Of a stretch of DNA of 64,000 bases, positions 51,690 to 60,817 are shown in pieces; positions within the stretch are counted from its first letter, which is position 1, and each line of letters begins with the position of its first letter. Both the position numbers and the translations under genes were made by a program. The stretch is from Abditibacterium sp. (GTDB lineage: Bacteria > Armatimonadota > Abditibacteriia > Abditibacteriales > Abditibacteriaceae): contig CBDASK010000003.1 of NCBI GenBank assembly GCA_965199495.1, positions 1,344,001 to 1,408,000 on the forward strand, read 5' to 3'. The notes beneath the pieces are model-generated. The model saw only the letters and a list, made by a program, of their open reading frames with translations, did not search any database and was not told the DNA's origin.

Positions 51690-54600
51690 ATGATACTTTC
51701 TGGCGGCTCGAAGAATTGGCGGTGGCTGGGCGTGGCGCTGGCGCTTTTGCTGATCGTTAACGCTTTCATTTCCTATCGCAGCGTGCGGCATGTGGTCGAA
51801 AGCAACGCCAAAGTCGCCCTAACTTACCAAGTTTCGTCCGAACTTCAGCGCGTTTTTTCGGCGATGCAGAACGCCGAAACCGGGCAGCGCGGCTATATTA
51901 TTACCGGTCAGGACAACTATCTGGAGCCGTATCGCGACGCCATCAGAAACCTCGCGCCTCATCAAAAGCGGTTGCGCGAATTGGCCGTTGACCCGCAGGT
52001 CGCGGCGCAGTTGCCGGTTTTGGACGAGCAAATCGCGCAACGTTTGAAGCGTTTGGAAGAGACCATCGCAGTGCGGCGCGCGAGCGGTTTCGATGCGGCG
52101 CGCGCGCGCATTTTGACGGGTGAGGGCAAAGCGAAGATGGATCAGATTCGCTCCACGATTGATACAATCGAAGCGCGCGAGCAAGTTTTATTAGAGCAGC
52201 GCCAGCAACAGGCCGCCGAGAGCGTGCGCGACGGTCAAATTACCTTTGGCGTGGCGCTCTTGTGCAATTTGCTGTTTTTGCTGGGACTTTACGCGATTAT
52301 TCAGCGCAACACGGCGCGGCGCGAACTGGCGGCGCAGCAACTGCGCGCAAGCGGCGAACGTTTTCGCGCCATTGTCGCGGCCTCGTCCAACATCGTGTGG
52401 ACGACCGACGCGAGCGGAAAATTTGTCGAAGAACAGCCATCGTGGATGGCGTTTACCGGACAGACGCCCGAAGAAACCCAGCGCGAAAGTTGGTCGGCGG
52501 TTCATCCCGATGACCGCGCATTCGCGGAGCAAAAGTGGGAAGAAGCGCGGCGCGGCGCCAAAATCTATAACGTCGAATATCGCACGCGCCGCGCTGACGG
52601 CCAATGGCGCCTGATGGCAGTCAGAGCCACGCCGATGCTCAACGAAAATGGCACGGTCACCGAATGGGTCGGCACCAGCACCGACATCACAGATATTAAA
52701 CGCACCGAGCGCGCGCTTTTGCAACGCGATCAGCAGATGCAGTTGGTGTTGTCCAACGCGCCGATGATTCTGTTTACCGTGGATCGCGACGGCATTTTCC
52801 TGCTCAGTCGCGGCAAAGCGCTCGAAGCGCTGGGATTTGGGCAGGACGAAGTCGTCGGGCGCTCGCTCTTCGAGGTTTACGCCGGTTTTCCCGATGTCGT
52901 CGCCGATGTGAAAGACGCGCTCGAAGGCCGCGTTTCCAGCAAAGTCGCGACGTATGAATTGGGGCCGGTCACGCTCGAAGGCCGTCTGTCGGCGCTGCTC
53001 GATGAGAGCGGCGAAATCGTCGGTGCCATCGGCATGACGACCGATGTCACGCAGCGTTACCGCGCCGAAGAAGAGCGCGCGCGCTTGAGCCGCTACAATC
53101 AACTGCTGCTCGATTCGACGGGCGAAGGCATTTTCGGCGTGGATTTGGAGGGCCATTGCACTTTCGTCAATGCCGCTGGCGCCGCCATGACCGGCGTCAC
53201 GCCCGACGAAGTGCAATCGCAGATTCTGGGGCGCGATGTGCATCAATTGCTGTTGCCCAAACGCGGCGACGGCAGCGATTATTCCGCCGCGCAAGGCCCC
53301 ATCGCGCGCTGTTTCGCGAGCGGCCACAGCGTCCATAACGAAGAGGCAATTTTGTGGCGCCGCGACGGAACTTCGTTCGATGCGCACCTCGACGTTTATC
53401 CCTTACGAGACGGCGAAAATAGCGATGGCATTCTCAGTGGTGGCGTGTTGACCTTCGAGGATGTCACCGAGAAAAAGCGCGCCGAGGCCGATTTGCGCCA
53501 CAGCCAGCAGCAGTTCAAAAATCTGGCGAACTCGATTCCGCAACTCTCGTGGACGGCGCATCCCGATGGGAAAATCTACTGGTATAACCAGCGTTGGTAT
53601 GATTTCACCGGCACCGATTTCGAGGGGATGCAAACGCCGCGCGGCGACATCGTTCACCCCGAATACGGCGAGGCGATGACCGCGAGTTGGCAAGAAGCCT
53701 TGAGAAATCAGACTTCGTGGGAATATACCTTTCCGTTGCGACGCCACGACGGCGAGTATCGCTGGTTTTTGTCGCGCGCCGAGCCGGAGCGCGACGAACG
53801 GGGCGAAGTCGTACGCTGGTTTGGTACCAACACCGACGTGACCGACGAACGAGAAATCGCCGCCAGTTTGCAGGCGAGCGAAGCCCGCAAAGCCGCGATT
53901 CTGGAAACGGCTTTAGATTGTATCGTCGCCATTGACGAGCAAAGCCACATCACCGAGTGGAACCCGGCGGCGGAAAAAACTTTCGGCTACGCGCGCGCCG
54001 AAGTTCTGGGCCAATCGTTGCCCGAACTGATTATTCCGCCCGCGCTGCGCGAAGCGCATTTTGGCGGCATGGAGCGTTATCTTGCGACCGGCGAAGCGGT
54101 GGTTTTGGGGCAACGCATCGAAGTTCCGGCGCTGCACCGCGACGGACGCGAATTTCCCGTGGAACTTTCGGTCGCGCGCATTGAGGGCGCCGGGCCGCCG
54201 CTTTTCACGGCGTATCTGCGCGATATTTCCGAACGCAAAGGGGCCGAAGCCGAACTGGCGGCGAGCGCGCGTTTGGCGGTTTTGCGCGCGCAAATTGGGT
54301 TATCGCTCAACCGCTCCGACGATCTGGAAGAAATGCTGACCGCGTGCGCGCAGGCGATTGTGGATCACCTCGACGCCAGTTTCGCGCGCATCTGGACGCT
54401 CAACGAAATAGAAAACGTGCTGCATCTGCGCGCGACCGCCGGTTCTTACACGCGCTCGAACCGGCCCGACGATCTGGTTCCGGTGGGCCAGTTCAAAGTT
54501 GGCATTATCGCGCAGGAGCGACGGCCCTATCTCACCAATCAGGTCGTGGGCAACCCGCGCGTGGCCGATCAAGAATGGGCGATACGCGAGGGCATGATCG

Positions 54601-56357
54601 CGTTCGCCGGTTATCCGTTGCTGGTGGAAAATCGTCTGGTCGGCGTGTTGGGAATGTTCGCCAAACACGAACTTTCTGATACCGTTTTGACTTCGCTTTC
54701 GACCGTGGCCGATGCCATCGCGCTGGGCATCGAGCGCAAGCGTTCGCAGGCCGAAATGGAACGCGCCAAGCTCGATGCCGAAGAAGCCTCGCGCACCAAA
54801 AGCCTGTTTCTGGCCAACATGAGCCACGAACTGCGCACGCCGCTCAACGCGATTTTGGGCTACTCGGAAATGTTGGAAGAAGAAGCGCAGGATTTGGAAC
54901 TGGACAATTTCACTTCCGATTTGAGCCGCATTAATTCGGCGGGCAAACATCTTTTGGCGCTGATTAACGATATTCTGGATTTGTCGAAAATCGAGGCGGG
55001 CAAAATGGACTTGTTCGTCGAAGAGTTCGATCTGGCCATGACAATTCACGAAGTTTCGTCGCTGGCAGAGACGCTGATGGAGAAAAATGGCAACGCGCTC
55101 CGCATCGAAATGCCCGACGATTTGGGAACGATGACCGCCGACCAGACCAAGGTGCGCCAGTGTTTGCTCAATTTGCTTTCTAACGCCGCCAAATTCACCA
55201 AAGACGGCGACGTGACGTTGCGCGTTAAACGCGAAACCATTGCGGCGCTCGATGAAGCCACGTCGCGCGACTGGCTGGCTTTCGAGGTGCAGGATTCGGG
55301 CATCGGCATGAGCGAGGAACAGGTTCTGCGCCTGTTTCAGGCGTTCACGCAGGCCGACGCTTCGACGACGCGCAAGTTTGGCGGGACGGGTCTGGGTCTG
55401 GCGCTGACTCGCCGTTTTTGTCAGATGATGGGCGGCGACGTGAACGTGCAATCGGTGCCCGGCGCGGGCAGCACCTTCACCTTTCATCTGCCCGCCGTCG
55501 TCAGCGCCGACGTGGCTGGGAATGGCGGCGAACCGTTTCTCTCGTCCGACGCGGTTATGCGACCAGTCATCGAAACGCTGGCGCCCGGCGCGCAGCGCAT
55601 CAGCGTTCTGGTGATTGACGACGACCCGACGCAGCGCGATTTGATGCAACGCTTTCTGGAAAAAGAGGGCTTTTCGGTGCAAACCGCCAGCAGCGGCGAA
55701 CAGGGTTTGGCCCTCGCGCGCCAGATCAAACCTTTGGTGATTACGCTCGACGTGATGATGCCCGGCATGGATGGTTGGCGCGTGTTAGACGCGCTCAAAA
55801 ACGACGCCGAACTGGGCAAAATCCCGGTGATTTTGCTGACGATGGTGGATGACAAATCGCGCGGCTACGCGCTGGGTGCCGCCGATTACATGACTAAACC
55901 GGTGGATCGCTCGCGGCTGTCGAATGTGTTGCAAAGGTTCATTTGCGCCAATCCGCCGTGTTCGGTTTTGCTGGTCGAAGACGACGAACCCACGCGCGCC
56001 ATGATGCGCCAGATGCTCGAAAAACAGGGCTGGCTCGCCGTCGAAGCCGCCAACGGCGTCGAGGGTTTGGCGAGATTGGCAGAAAACCGGCCCGCATTAA
56101 TTCTGCTCGATTTGATGATGCCCGAAATGGACGGCTTCGAGTTCGCCGAAATCGTTCACCATCACCCGGAGTGGCACAACATTCCCATCGTCGTGCTGAC
56201 GGCCAGAGATTTGTCATCCACAGAGCGCGAAATGTTGGGCCAGCACGTCCATCAAATCCTGCAAAAATCGGGGCAATCGCGCGAAGCACTGCTAAAGCAA
56301 GTGCGCGGATTGGTCGCGAATTACACGACGATTTCACCCGGCACCTGCGAAACGTAA
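51690..56357 (+). CDS. Hybrid sensor kinase CHASE3-PASx5-GAF-HisKA/HATPase-REC-REC
   Basis: AETGQRGY (CHASE3), five PAS/PAC repeats, GAF (AFAGYPL), FLANMSHELRTPLN, GGTGLGL and two receivers. Confidence 0.93.
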   Translation: MILSGGSKNWRWLGVALALLLIVNAFISYRSVRHVVESNAKVALTYQVSSELQRVFSAMQNAETGQRGYIITGQDNYLEPYRDAIRNLAPHQKRLRELAVDPQVAAQLPVLDEQIAQRLKRLEETIAVRRASGFDAARARILTGEGKAKMDQIRSTIDTIEAREQVLLEQRQQQAAESVRDGQITFGVALLCNLLFLLGLYAIIQRNTARRELAAQQLRASGERFRAIVAASSNIVWTTDASGKFVEEQPSWMAFTGQTPEETQRESWSAVHPDDRAFAEQKWEEARRGAKIYNVEYRTRRADGQWRLMAVRATPMLNENGTVTEWVGTSTDITDIKRTERALLQRDQQMQLVLSNAPMILFTVDRDGIFLLSRGKALEALGFGQDEVVGRSLFEVYAGFPDVVADVKDALEGRVSSKVATYELGPVTLEGRLSALLDESGEIVGAIGMTTDVTQRYRAEEERARLSRYNQLLLDSTGEGIFGVDLEGHCTFVNAAGAAMTGVTPDEVQSQILGRDVHQLLLPKRGDGSDYSAAQGPIARCFASGHSVHNEEAILWRRDGTSFDAHLDVYPLRDGENSDGILSGGVLTFEDVTEKKRAEADLRHSQQQFKNLANSIPQLSWTAHPDGKIYWYNQRWYDFTGTDFEGMQTPRGDIVHPEYGEAMTASWQEALRNQTSWEYTFPLRRHDGEYRWFLSRAEPERDERGEVVRWFGTNTDVTDEREIAASLQASEARKAAILETALDCIVAIDEQSHITEWNPAAEKTFGYARAEVLGQSLPELIIPPALREAHFGGMERYLATGEAVVLGQRIEVPALHRDGREFPVELSVARIEGAGPPLFTAYLRDISERKGAEAELAASARLAVLRAQIGLSLNRSDDLEEMLTACAQAIVDHLDASFARIWTLNEIENVLHLRATAGSYTRSNRPDDLVPVGQFKVGIIAQERRPYLTNQVVGNPRVADQEWAIREGMIAFAGYPLLVENRLVGVLGMFAKHELSDTVLTSLSTVADAIALGIERKRSQAEMERAKLDAEEASRTKSLFLANMSHELRTPLNAILGYSEMLEEEAQDLELDNFTSDLSRINSAGKHLLALINDILDLSKIEAGKMDLFVEEFDLAMTIHEVSSLAETLMEKNGNALRIEMPDDLGTMTADQTKVRQCLLNLLSNAAKFTKDGDVTLRVKRETIAALDEATSRDWLAFEVQDSGIGMSEEQVLRLFQAFTQADASTTRKFGGTGLGLALTRRFCQMMGGDVNVQSVPGAGSTFTFHLPAVVSADVAGNGGEPFLSSDAVMRPVIETLAPGAQRISVLVIDDDPTQRDLMQRFLEKEGFSVQTASSGEQGLALARQIKPLVITLDVMMPGMDGWRVLDALKNDAELGKIPVILLTMVDDKSRGYALGAADYMTKPVDRSRLSNVLQRFICANPPCSVLLVEDDEPTRAMMRQMLEKQGWLAVEAANGVEGLARLAENRPALILLDLMMPEMDGFEFAEIVHHHPEWHNIPIVVLTARDLSSTEREMLGQHVHQILQKSGQSREALLKQVRGLVANYTTISPGTCET

Positions 56358-56451
56358 ATTAACGTAACTTTCGCGGCCCAACTTTTTCTTATGCTGGCAA
56401 CAGCACAAGTTACACTCTCGCTAAGATAAGACTTGTGTCAATGCTCATTCC

Positions 56452-56853
56452 ATGCCCTTAATTTTGCTCGTCGAAGATAACGAAATGAATCGCGATATGC
56501 TGTCGCGCCGCTTGATTCGCAAAGGTTATGAAGTCGAATTCGCGATTGATGGCGAACAGGGCGTGGAAGTCGCGATGGAAAAGCAGCCCGACCTAATTTT
56601 AATGGACATGAGTCTGCCGGTTCTCGACGGCTGGGAAGCCACCAAAAAGCTCAAGGCACAAGCAGCCACGGCGGCCATCCCGATTATCGCGCTGACCGCC
56701 CACGCCATGAGCGAAGACCGCGAACGCGCGTTGGACGCGGGTTGCGACGATTACGATACCAAACCCGTTGAACTGGCGCGCTTAATCGAGAAAATCGAGG
56801 CGTTGTTGGCCAATAAAACAAGCGAAGATGATGACATCAAAGAGTTAGACTAA
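56452..56853 (+). CDS. Single-domain response regulator (DivK/CheY-like)
   Basis: ILLVEDNE, LILMDMSLP, ALTA and TKP. Confidence 0.93.
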   Translation: MPLILLVEDNEMNRDMLSRRLIRKGYEVEFAIDGEQGVEVAMEKQPDLILMDMSLPVLDGWEATKKLKAQAATAAIPIIALTAHAMSEDRERALDAGCDDYDTKPVELARLIEKIEALLANKTSEDDDIKELD

Positions 56854-56867
56854 AGCCGTAAAATTCC

Positions 56868-58313
56868 ATGACCGAACCCACCCTTGAGCCGACGGCGTTG
56901 CCCGCGCAATTGCTGCACGATTTGCGCACGCCCGTCCATCAAATCGTGGGCTACGTCGAGATGTTGCAGGAAGACGCCGCCGACGCCGAAAACGCGGCAT
57001 TGGCGGGCGACCTAAAAAAAGTTAAGGGCGCCGCCGCACAATTGCAACGGATGCTCGAAGAGCGTTTCGTGGCGCGGCGGGAAACGCCGGATCGCGTTGC
57101 CGCGACGGACGCACCAAAAGCCGCCGAAACGGCAGCAACAACGGGCGCAACGGACAAACCGGCGACCGAACAAAATCGGGCGCTGTCATCGGGCGCCGAG
57201 CGCGGATTGTTGCTGGTCGTGGACGACAACGAAACCAATCGCGATATTCTGTCCAAGCGCCTCGAAATGCAGGGCTATGAAGTCGAAACCGCCAACGATG
57301 GCGCGCAGACGTTGCAGATGGTGAACGAGCGCGTTTTCGATTTGGTGTTGCTCGACATCATGATGCCCGAAATGGACGGCTACGAAGTTTTGCGCCGCCT
57401 GAAAGACGACGAGAAAACGCGCGATTTGCCGGTGATTATGATTTCGGCGCTTGGCGATATGGATTCGGTCGTGCGTTGCATCGAATTGGGCGCCGAAGAT
57501 CATCTGCCCAAACCGTTTAATCCGACTTTGCTCAAAGCGCGCATCGGCGCGTGTCTGGAGAAAAAACGCGGACACGACCGCGAAGCGCGCTTGTTGGCGC
57601 AGGTGCAGGAAAACTACAGCAAATTGCAGGAATCGGAAAAGTTGCGCGACGATTTGACGAATATGATCGTGCATGATTTGCGCACGCCGTTGTCTTCGCT
57701 GATGGCCGGTTTGCAAACCATCGAAATGCTGGGGCCGCTGGAACCCGAACAGAAAGAGTGCTGCGACATCGCGGTGCGCGGTGGCTACTCGTTGCTCGAC
57801 ATGATTAACGATTTGCTCGACATCAGCAAACTCGAAGGCGGCGTGCCCGATCTGGAAATTCAAACCATTGAAGTGCCGACACTGATTACCGAATCGTGCG
57901 AGCAGGTGCAGGCCGCCGCCGAAATGCGCCACATCATCTGGGAATTCGATCTCGCGCCCGACCTGCCCACGTTTCCGGGCGACGGGAGCAAACTGCGCCG
58001 CACCCTCGTCAATTTGCTGGGTAACGCCATCAAATTTTCGCCGACCAACGGCAAAATCATCATCGGCGCGCGCGCTGATGAAAACGAATTGACTTTATTG
58101 GTGCGCGATTACGGCGAAGGCATTCCGCGCGAAGCGTTCGAGCGCATCTTCGAGAAATTCGGCCAAGTCGCCGACCGCAAGGCCGGGCGCGTGATGTCCA
58201 CGGGATTGGGACTGGCGCTGTGCAAAATGGTGACGGAAGCGCACGGCGGGCGCATCTGGGTCGAAAGCGAACTGGGACAAGGCAGCACGTTTTACCTCGC
58301 TTTGCCGTTGTGA
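56868..58313 (+). CDS. HisKA-like-REC-HisKA-HATPase kinase
   Basis: N-terminal HDLRTPVHQIVGY, a REC domain, then HDLRTPL, NLLGNAIKF and STGLGLA. Confidence 0.9.
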   Translation: MTEPTLEPTALPAQLLHDLRTPVHQIVGYVEMLQEDAADAENAALAGDLKKVKGAAAQLQRMLEERFVARRETPDRVAATDAPKAAETAATTGATDKPATEQNRALSSGAERGLLLVVDDNETNRDILSKRLEMQGYEVETANDGAQTLQMVNERVFDLVLLDIMMPEMDGYEVLRRLKDDEKTRDLPVIMISALGDMDSVVRCIELGAEDHLPKPFNPTLLKARIGACLEKKRGHDREARLLAQVQENYSKLQESEKLRDDLTNMIVHDLRTPLSSLMAGLQTIEMLGPLEPEQKECCDIAVRGGYSLLDMINDLLDISKLEGGVPDLEIQTIEVPTLITESCEQVQAAAEMRHIIWEFDLAPDLPTFPGDGSKLRRTLVNLLGNAIKFSPTNGKIIIGARADENELTLLVRDYGEGIPREAFERIFEKFGQVADRKAGRVMSTGLGLALCKMVTEAHGGRIWVESELGQGSTFYLALPL

Positions 58314-58363
58314 ATTGCAGTATGGGCGCAAAATTATGAGTGAGAATGCACCTTATAGACCGT

Positions 58364-58510
58364 CCGTCATTTCGAGCGAGGCACGAGCCGAGAAATCTTG
58401 CGGCCCCGCGCCAGCGGAAATGATGCAAAAGCCTCAACATTAAAAGTCTCTGACTTGCGCTGCCGCGCGGGCAAAAGATTTCTCGGCTCGTGCCTCGCTC
58501 GAAATGACGG
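58364..58510. repeat. Palindromic element B1 (CGTC-type REP doublet, perfect 36-bp arms)
   Basis: CCGTCATTTCGAGCGAGGCACGAGCCGAGAAATCTT (58364-58399) is the exact reverse complement of 58475-58510. Confidence 0.88.
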
Positions 58511-58585
58511 GCGCGTGTTTATGTGGCGTTGAATAGCGTTGTAAAACACTTCAAAATGGTGAGGCTAAACAATAGAGAGCGACAT

Positions 58586-59281
58586 CTACAACTCGTAACT
58601 GCAAACCGCCACAACGCTGGCTTTTTTGCTGGCGACGACTTTTCCATCCACTACAATTTCGACGATAATCGGCGTATTGGCGGGCAGTTGGCTTTGCGCC
58701 AGACGCGCGCTCAACTGAATTTGCGCATCGTCGGCCAAAGTCGCGTCAATATACCACGGCGCGATGGTCAGCATATTTTCGCCCGGCGGATTGGCTCCGC
58801 TCATCGCGTAGCCGACTTGCAACATTTCGGGCGGGCCGCTCACGCGCAGTTGCACCTTGTAGGTGCGCGGCGCGGGCACGATGCGCACGCCGTTGAAATA
58901 CAAAGGTTTGTCGGGCGCCTCGATCCAATCGGTGCTGTAACGCTTGTCCGACGCCACCAGTTGGCCGATTTTCAGCAGCGTGCTTTGCTCGCCATCGCGC
59001 ACGATTCCATCCGCCGAAACCAGAGTTAATTCGGTCACGCGCCCGTTGGAAGGCTTGAAGGTCGCCGTCAAAGTCGCGCCGTTTTTCGTCCAAATTTTTT
59101 GATTGGGCGTCGCCGTGGCTGCATTGGTCGCTGGCCCCAACCTTTGCGTGACCTGATCAATGGGCAAACCGATGAGCGCGGGCACATCGAACGGCGGCGG
59201 AACGGGCGCTTTGTGGCAACCGCTCAACGTCGCCAGCGACAAAGCGAAAAGGCAACAGAAAAAAACGCGAAATAGGGTCAT
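58586..59281 (-). CDS. Hypothetical lipoprotein
   Basis: MTLFRVFF...LATLSG-C lipobox. Confidence 0.72.
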   Translation of the reverse strand: MTLFRVFFCCLFALSLATLSGCHKAPVPPPFDVPALIGLPIDQVTQRLGPATNAATATPNQKIWTKNGATLTATFKPSNGRVTELTLVSADGIVRDGEQSTLLKIGQLVASDKRYSTDWIEAPDKPLYFNGVRIVPAPRTYKVQLRVSGPPEMLQVGYAMSGANPPGENMLTIAPWYIDATLADDAQIQLSARLAQSQLPANTPIIVEIVVDGKVVASKKASVVAVCSYEL

Positions 59282-59303
59282 GGCTGGCGGGAGATAAAAT
59301 TTT

Positions 59304-60005
59304 TCAAGAACGCGCGCGCGGCGGTCTTTTGTTGGTCGAGTGAGCCTCGTCAAGGGGATCGAAGGCCGCCCCGGTGCGCGCGGCATTGGACGCGACGCTA
59401 ACGCGAGTTTCGTCTTCGGCGACGCGTCCGTCAATCACGGGTTCTTCGTGGATGACGCCCGACGATTTCTTTAAAATCGTGATGTCGCGCACATCGCGAT
59501 TGCTGAGGACGTGCATGCAATCGGCTTCGTCGCGCAACCAGATGGCGCGCAGCGAAATCTTCTCGATGGTGCCGACGTGGCCGTTAATCGTGACGGCATC
59601 GCCGGGCGCAATCGAATCTTCGGCCAGCAAAAAATAGCCCTGCGCATAATCGCGCAAAACCGGCATCAGCCCGGCGCCAATCATAAACGCGACCGCGCCA
59701 AACGCCAGAGCCAACGGCAAAAGCGGAACGCCGAAAACGCCCAAAACCAAAATGCCCGCGACCGTATAAATCATGAATCGCGCGACGAATTTGGGCACGC
59801 GGCGCAGCGTAGCACGCCGCTCATTGCGCCATTTGGCCTCGCGATGTTGGTCGAGTTTGCTGAAACTATCGGTCAGCGCGGCCAGTCGGCGCCCGGCATA
59901 CCAAGCGATGAACTCGAAAGCCACGGCGATGAGCAAAACGCGCACGCCGATGAAAAGAAGCGTCCCAAAATTGGGAATCAAATCGCGCAGGGTGACAATG
60001 TTCAT
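59304..60005 (-). CDS. Small-conductance mechanosensitive channel (MscS family, short)
   Basis: TM helices, RDYAQGYFLLAEDSIAPGD and GTIEKISLR. Confidence 0.85.
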   Translation of the reverse strand: MNIVTLRDLIPNFGTLLFIGVRVLLIAVAFEFIAWYAGRRLAALTDSFSKLDQHREAKWRNERRATLRRVPKFVARFMIYTVAGILVLGVFGVPLLPLALAFGAVAFMIGAGLMPVLRDYAQGYFLLAEDSIAPGDAVTINGHVGTIEKISLRAIWLRDEADCMHVLSNRDVRDITILKKSSGVIHEEPVIDGRVAEDETRVSVASNAARTGAAFDPLDEAHSTNKRPPRARS

Positions 60006-60047
60006 GGTTGAAAAGGATGTGACAAAGGGAAAGTTGAAGCGCGCAGT

Positions 60048-60629
60048 TTAGCCCGTTTGCCCGCGCACCGTGAGCTTTTCGCGCTCGATCTCGACGCTCT
60101 CGAAACGCACCTTTTGACCGCCACTCAACGCCTCTTCCAAAGCCTTGCTAATCGCGTCCTGCGCTTTATTTTGCCAATCCGAGGGCGCGCTAAAACCGCC
60201 CAAAGTCAGCGATTGAATCTGCAATTGCAAACCGCCGTTTTGGGCTTTCAAATCGCCGTTAATAACGACGGGAACTCTAATGCCGTTGTATTTGGCGCGC
60301 CCGCTCACCACAATCGAGTTGGGTTGCAATTGGGCGCTCAAATCGCGAATCGGCAGGTTTTTGATTTTGACTTTGTCCTGCAACAGCGTGTTCAACTGGT
60401 CTTGCGTCGCCGTCACGTTGAACTCGGAACGCTCGTTTTTGCGCGCCGCGCGCGCGACTTTGTCCACGTCGCGCACCAAATCCTCGGCCTCGGCGCGCCG
60501 CTCGGCCCGCACTTGCGGCGATAAATCGGCCAGACGCGGCGCGATTGGCGGCCCCGTCACTTTGCGGTAGGCGAAGTAGCCACCGGCAATGAATAGAAGT
60601 AAAAAAACGGGAATGAAGATTTTTTTCAT
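60048..60629 (-). CDS. Hypothetical membrane-anchored protein (LmeA/DUF2140-like)
   Basis: N-terminal TM helix, TQDQLNTLL and a beta-rich C-terminus. Confidence 0.6.
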   Translation of the reverse strand: MKKIFIPVFLLLFIAGGYFAYRKVTGPPIAPRLADLSPQVRAERRAEAEDLVRDVDKVARAARKNERSEFNVTATQDQLNTLLQDKVKIKNLPIRDLSAQLQPNSIVVSGRAKYNGIRVPVVINGDLKAQNGGLQLQIQSLTLGGFSAPSDWQNKAQDAISKALEEALSGGQKVRFESVEIEREKLTVRGQTG

Positions 60630-60638
60630 GGGATAAAA

Positions 60639-60814
60639 TTGTGGTGAGTGAGGCGTTTTTCCCTCACCCTCTCCCGGAGGGAGAAGGAACACTTGCTTGA
60701 AAGTGTTACCTGCAAGAACTAACTTTTAAGAGAGTTCAAGTAACTTTGACTTTCAAGCGAGTGTTCCTTCTCCCTCCGGGAGAGGGTGAGGGAAAAACGC
60801 CTCGCTCACCATAA
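60639..60814. repeat. Long inverted repeat containing the CCCTCACCCTCTCCC..GGGAGA REP unit
   Basis: 60639-60704 vs 60749-60814, 66-bp arms with 3 mismatches. Confidence 0.85.
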
Positions 60815-60817
60815 ACT

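Noticed and set aside
52191..55682. 398-aa and 460-aa minus-strand ORFs
   Set aside because: Antisense shadows of the hybrid kinase.
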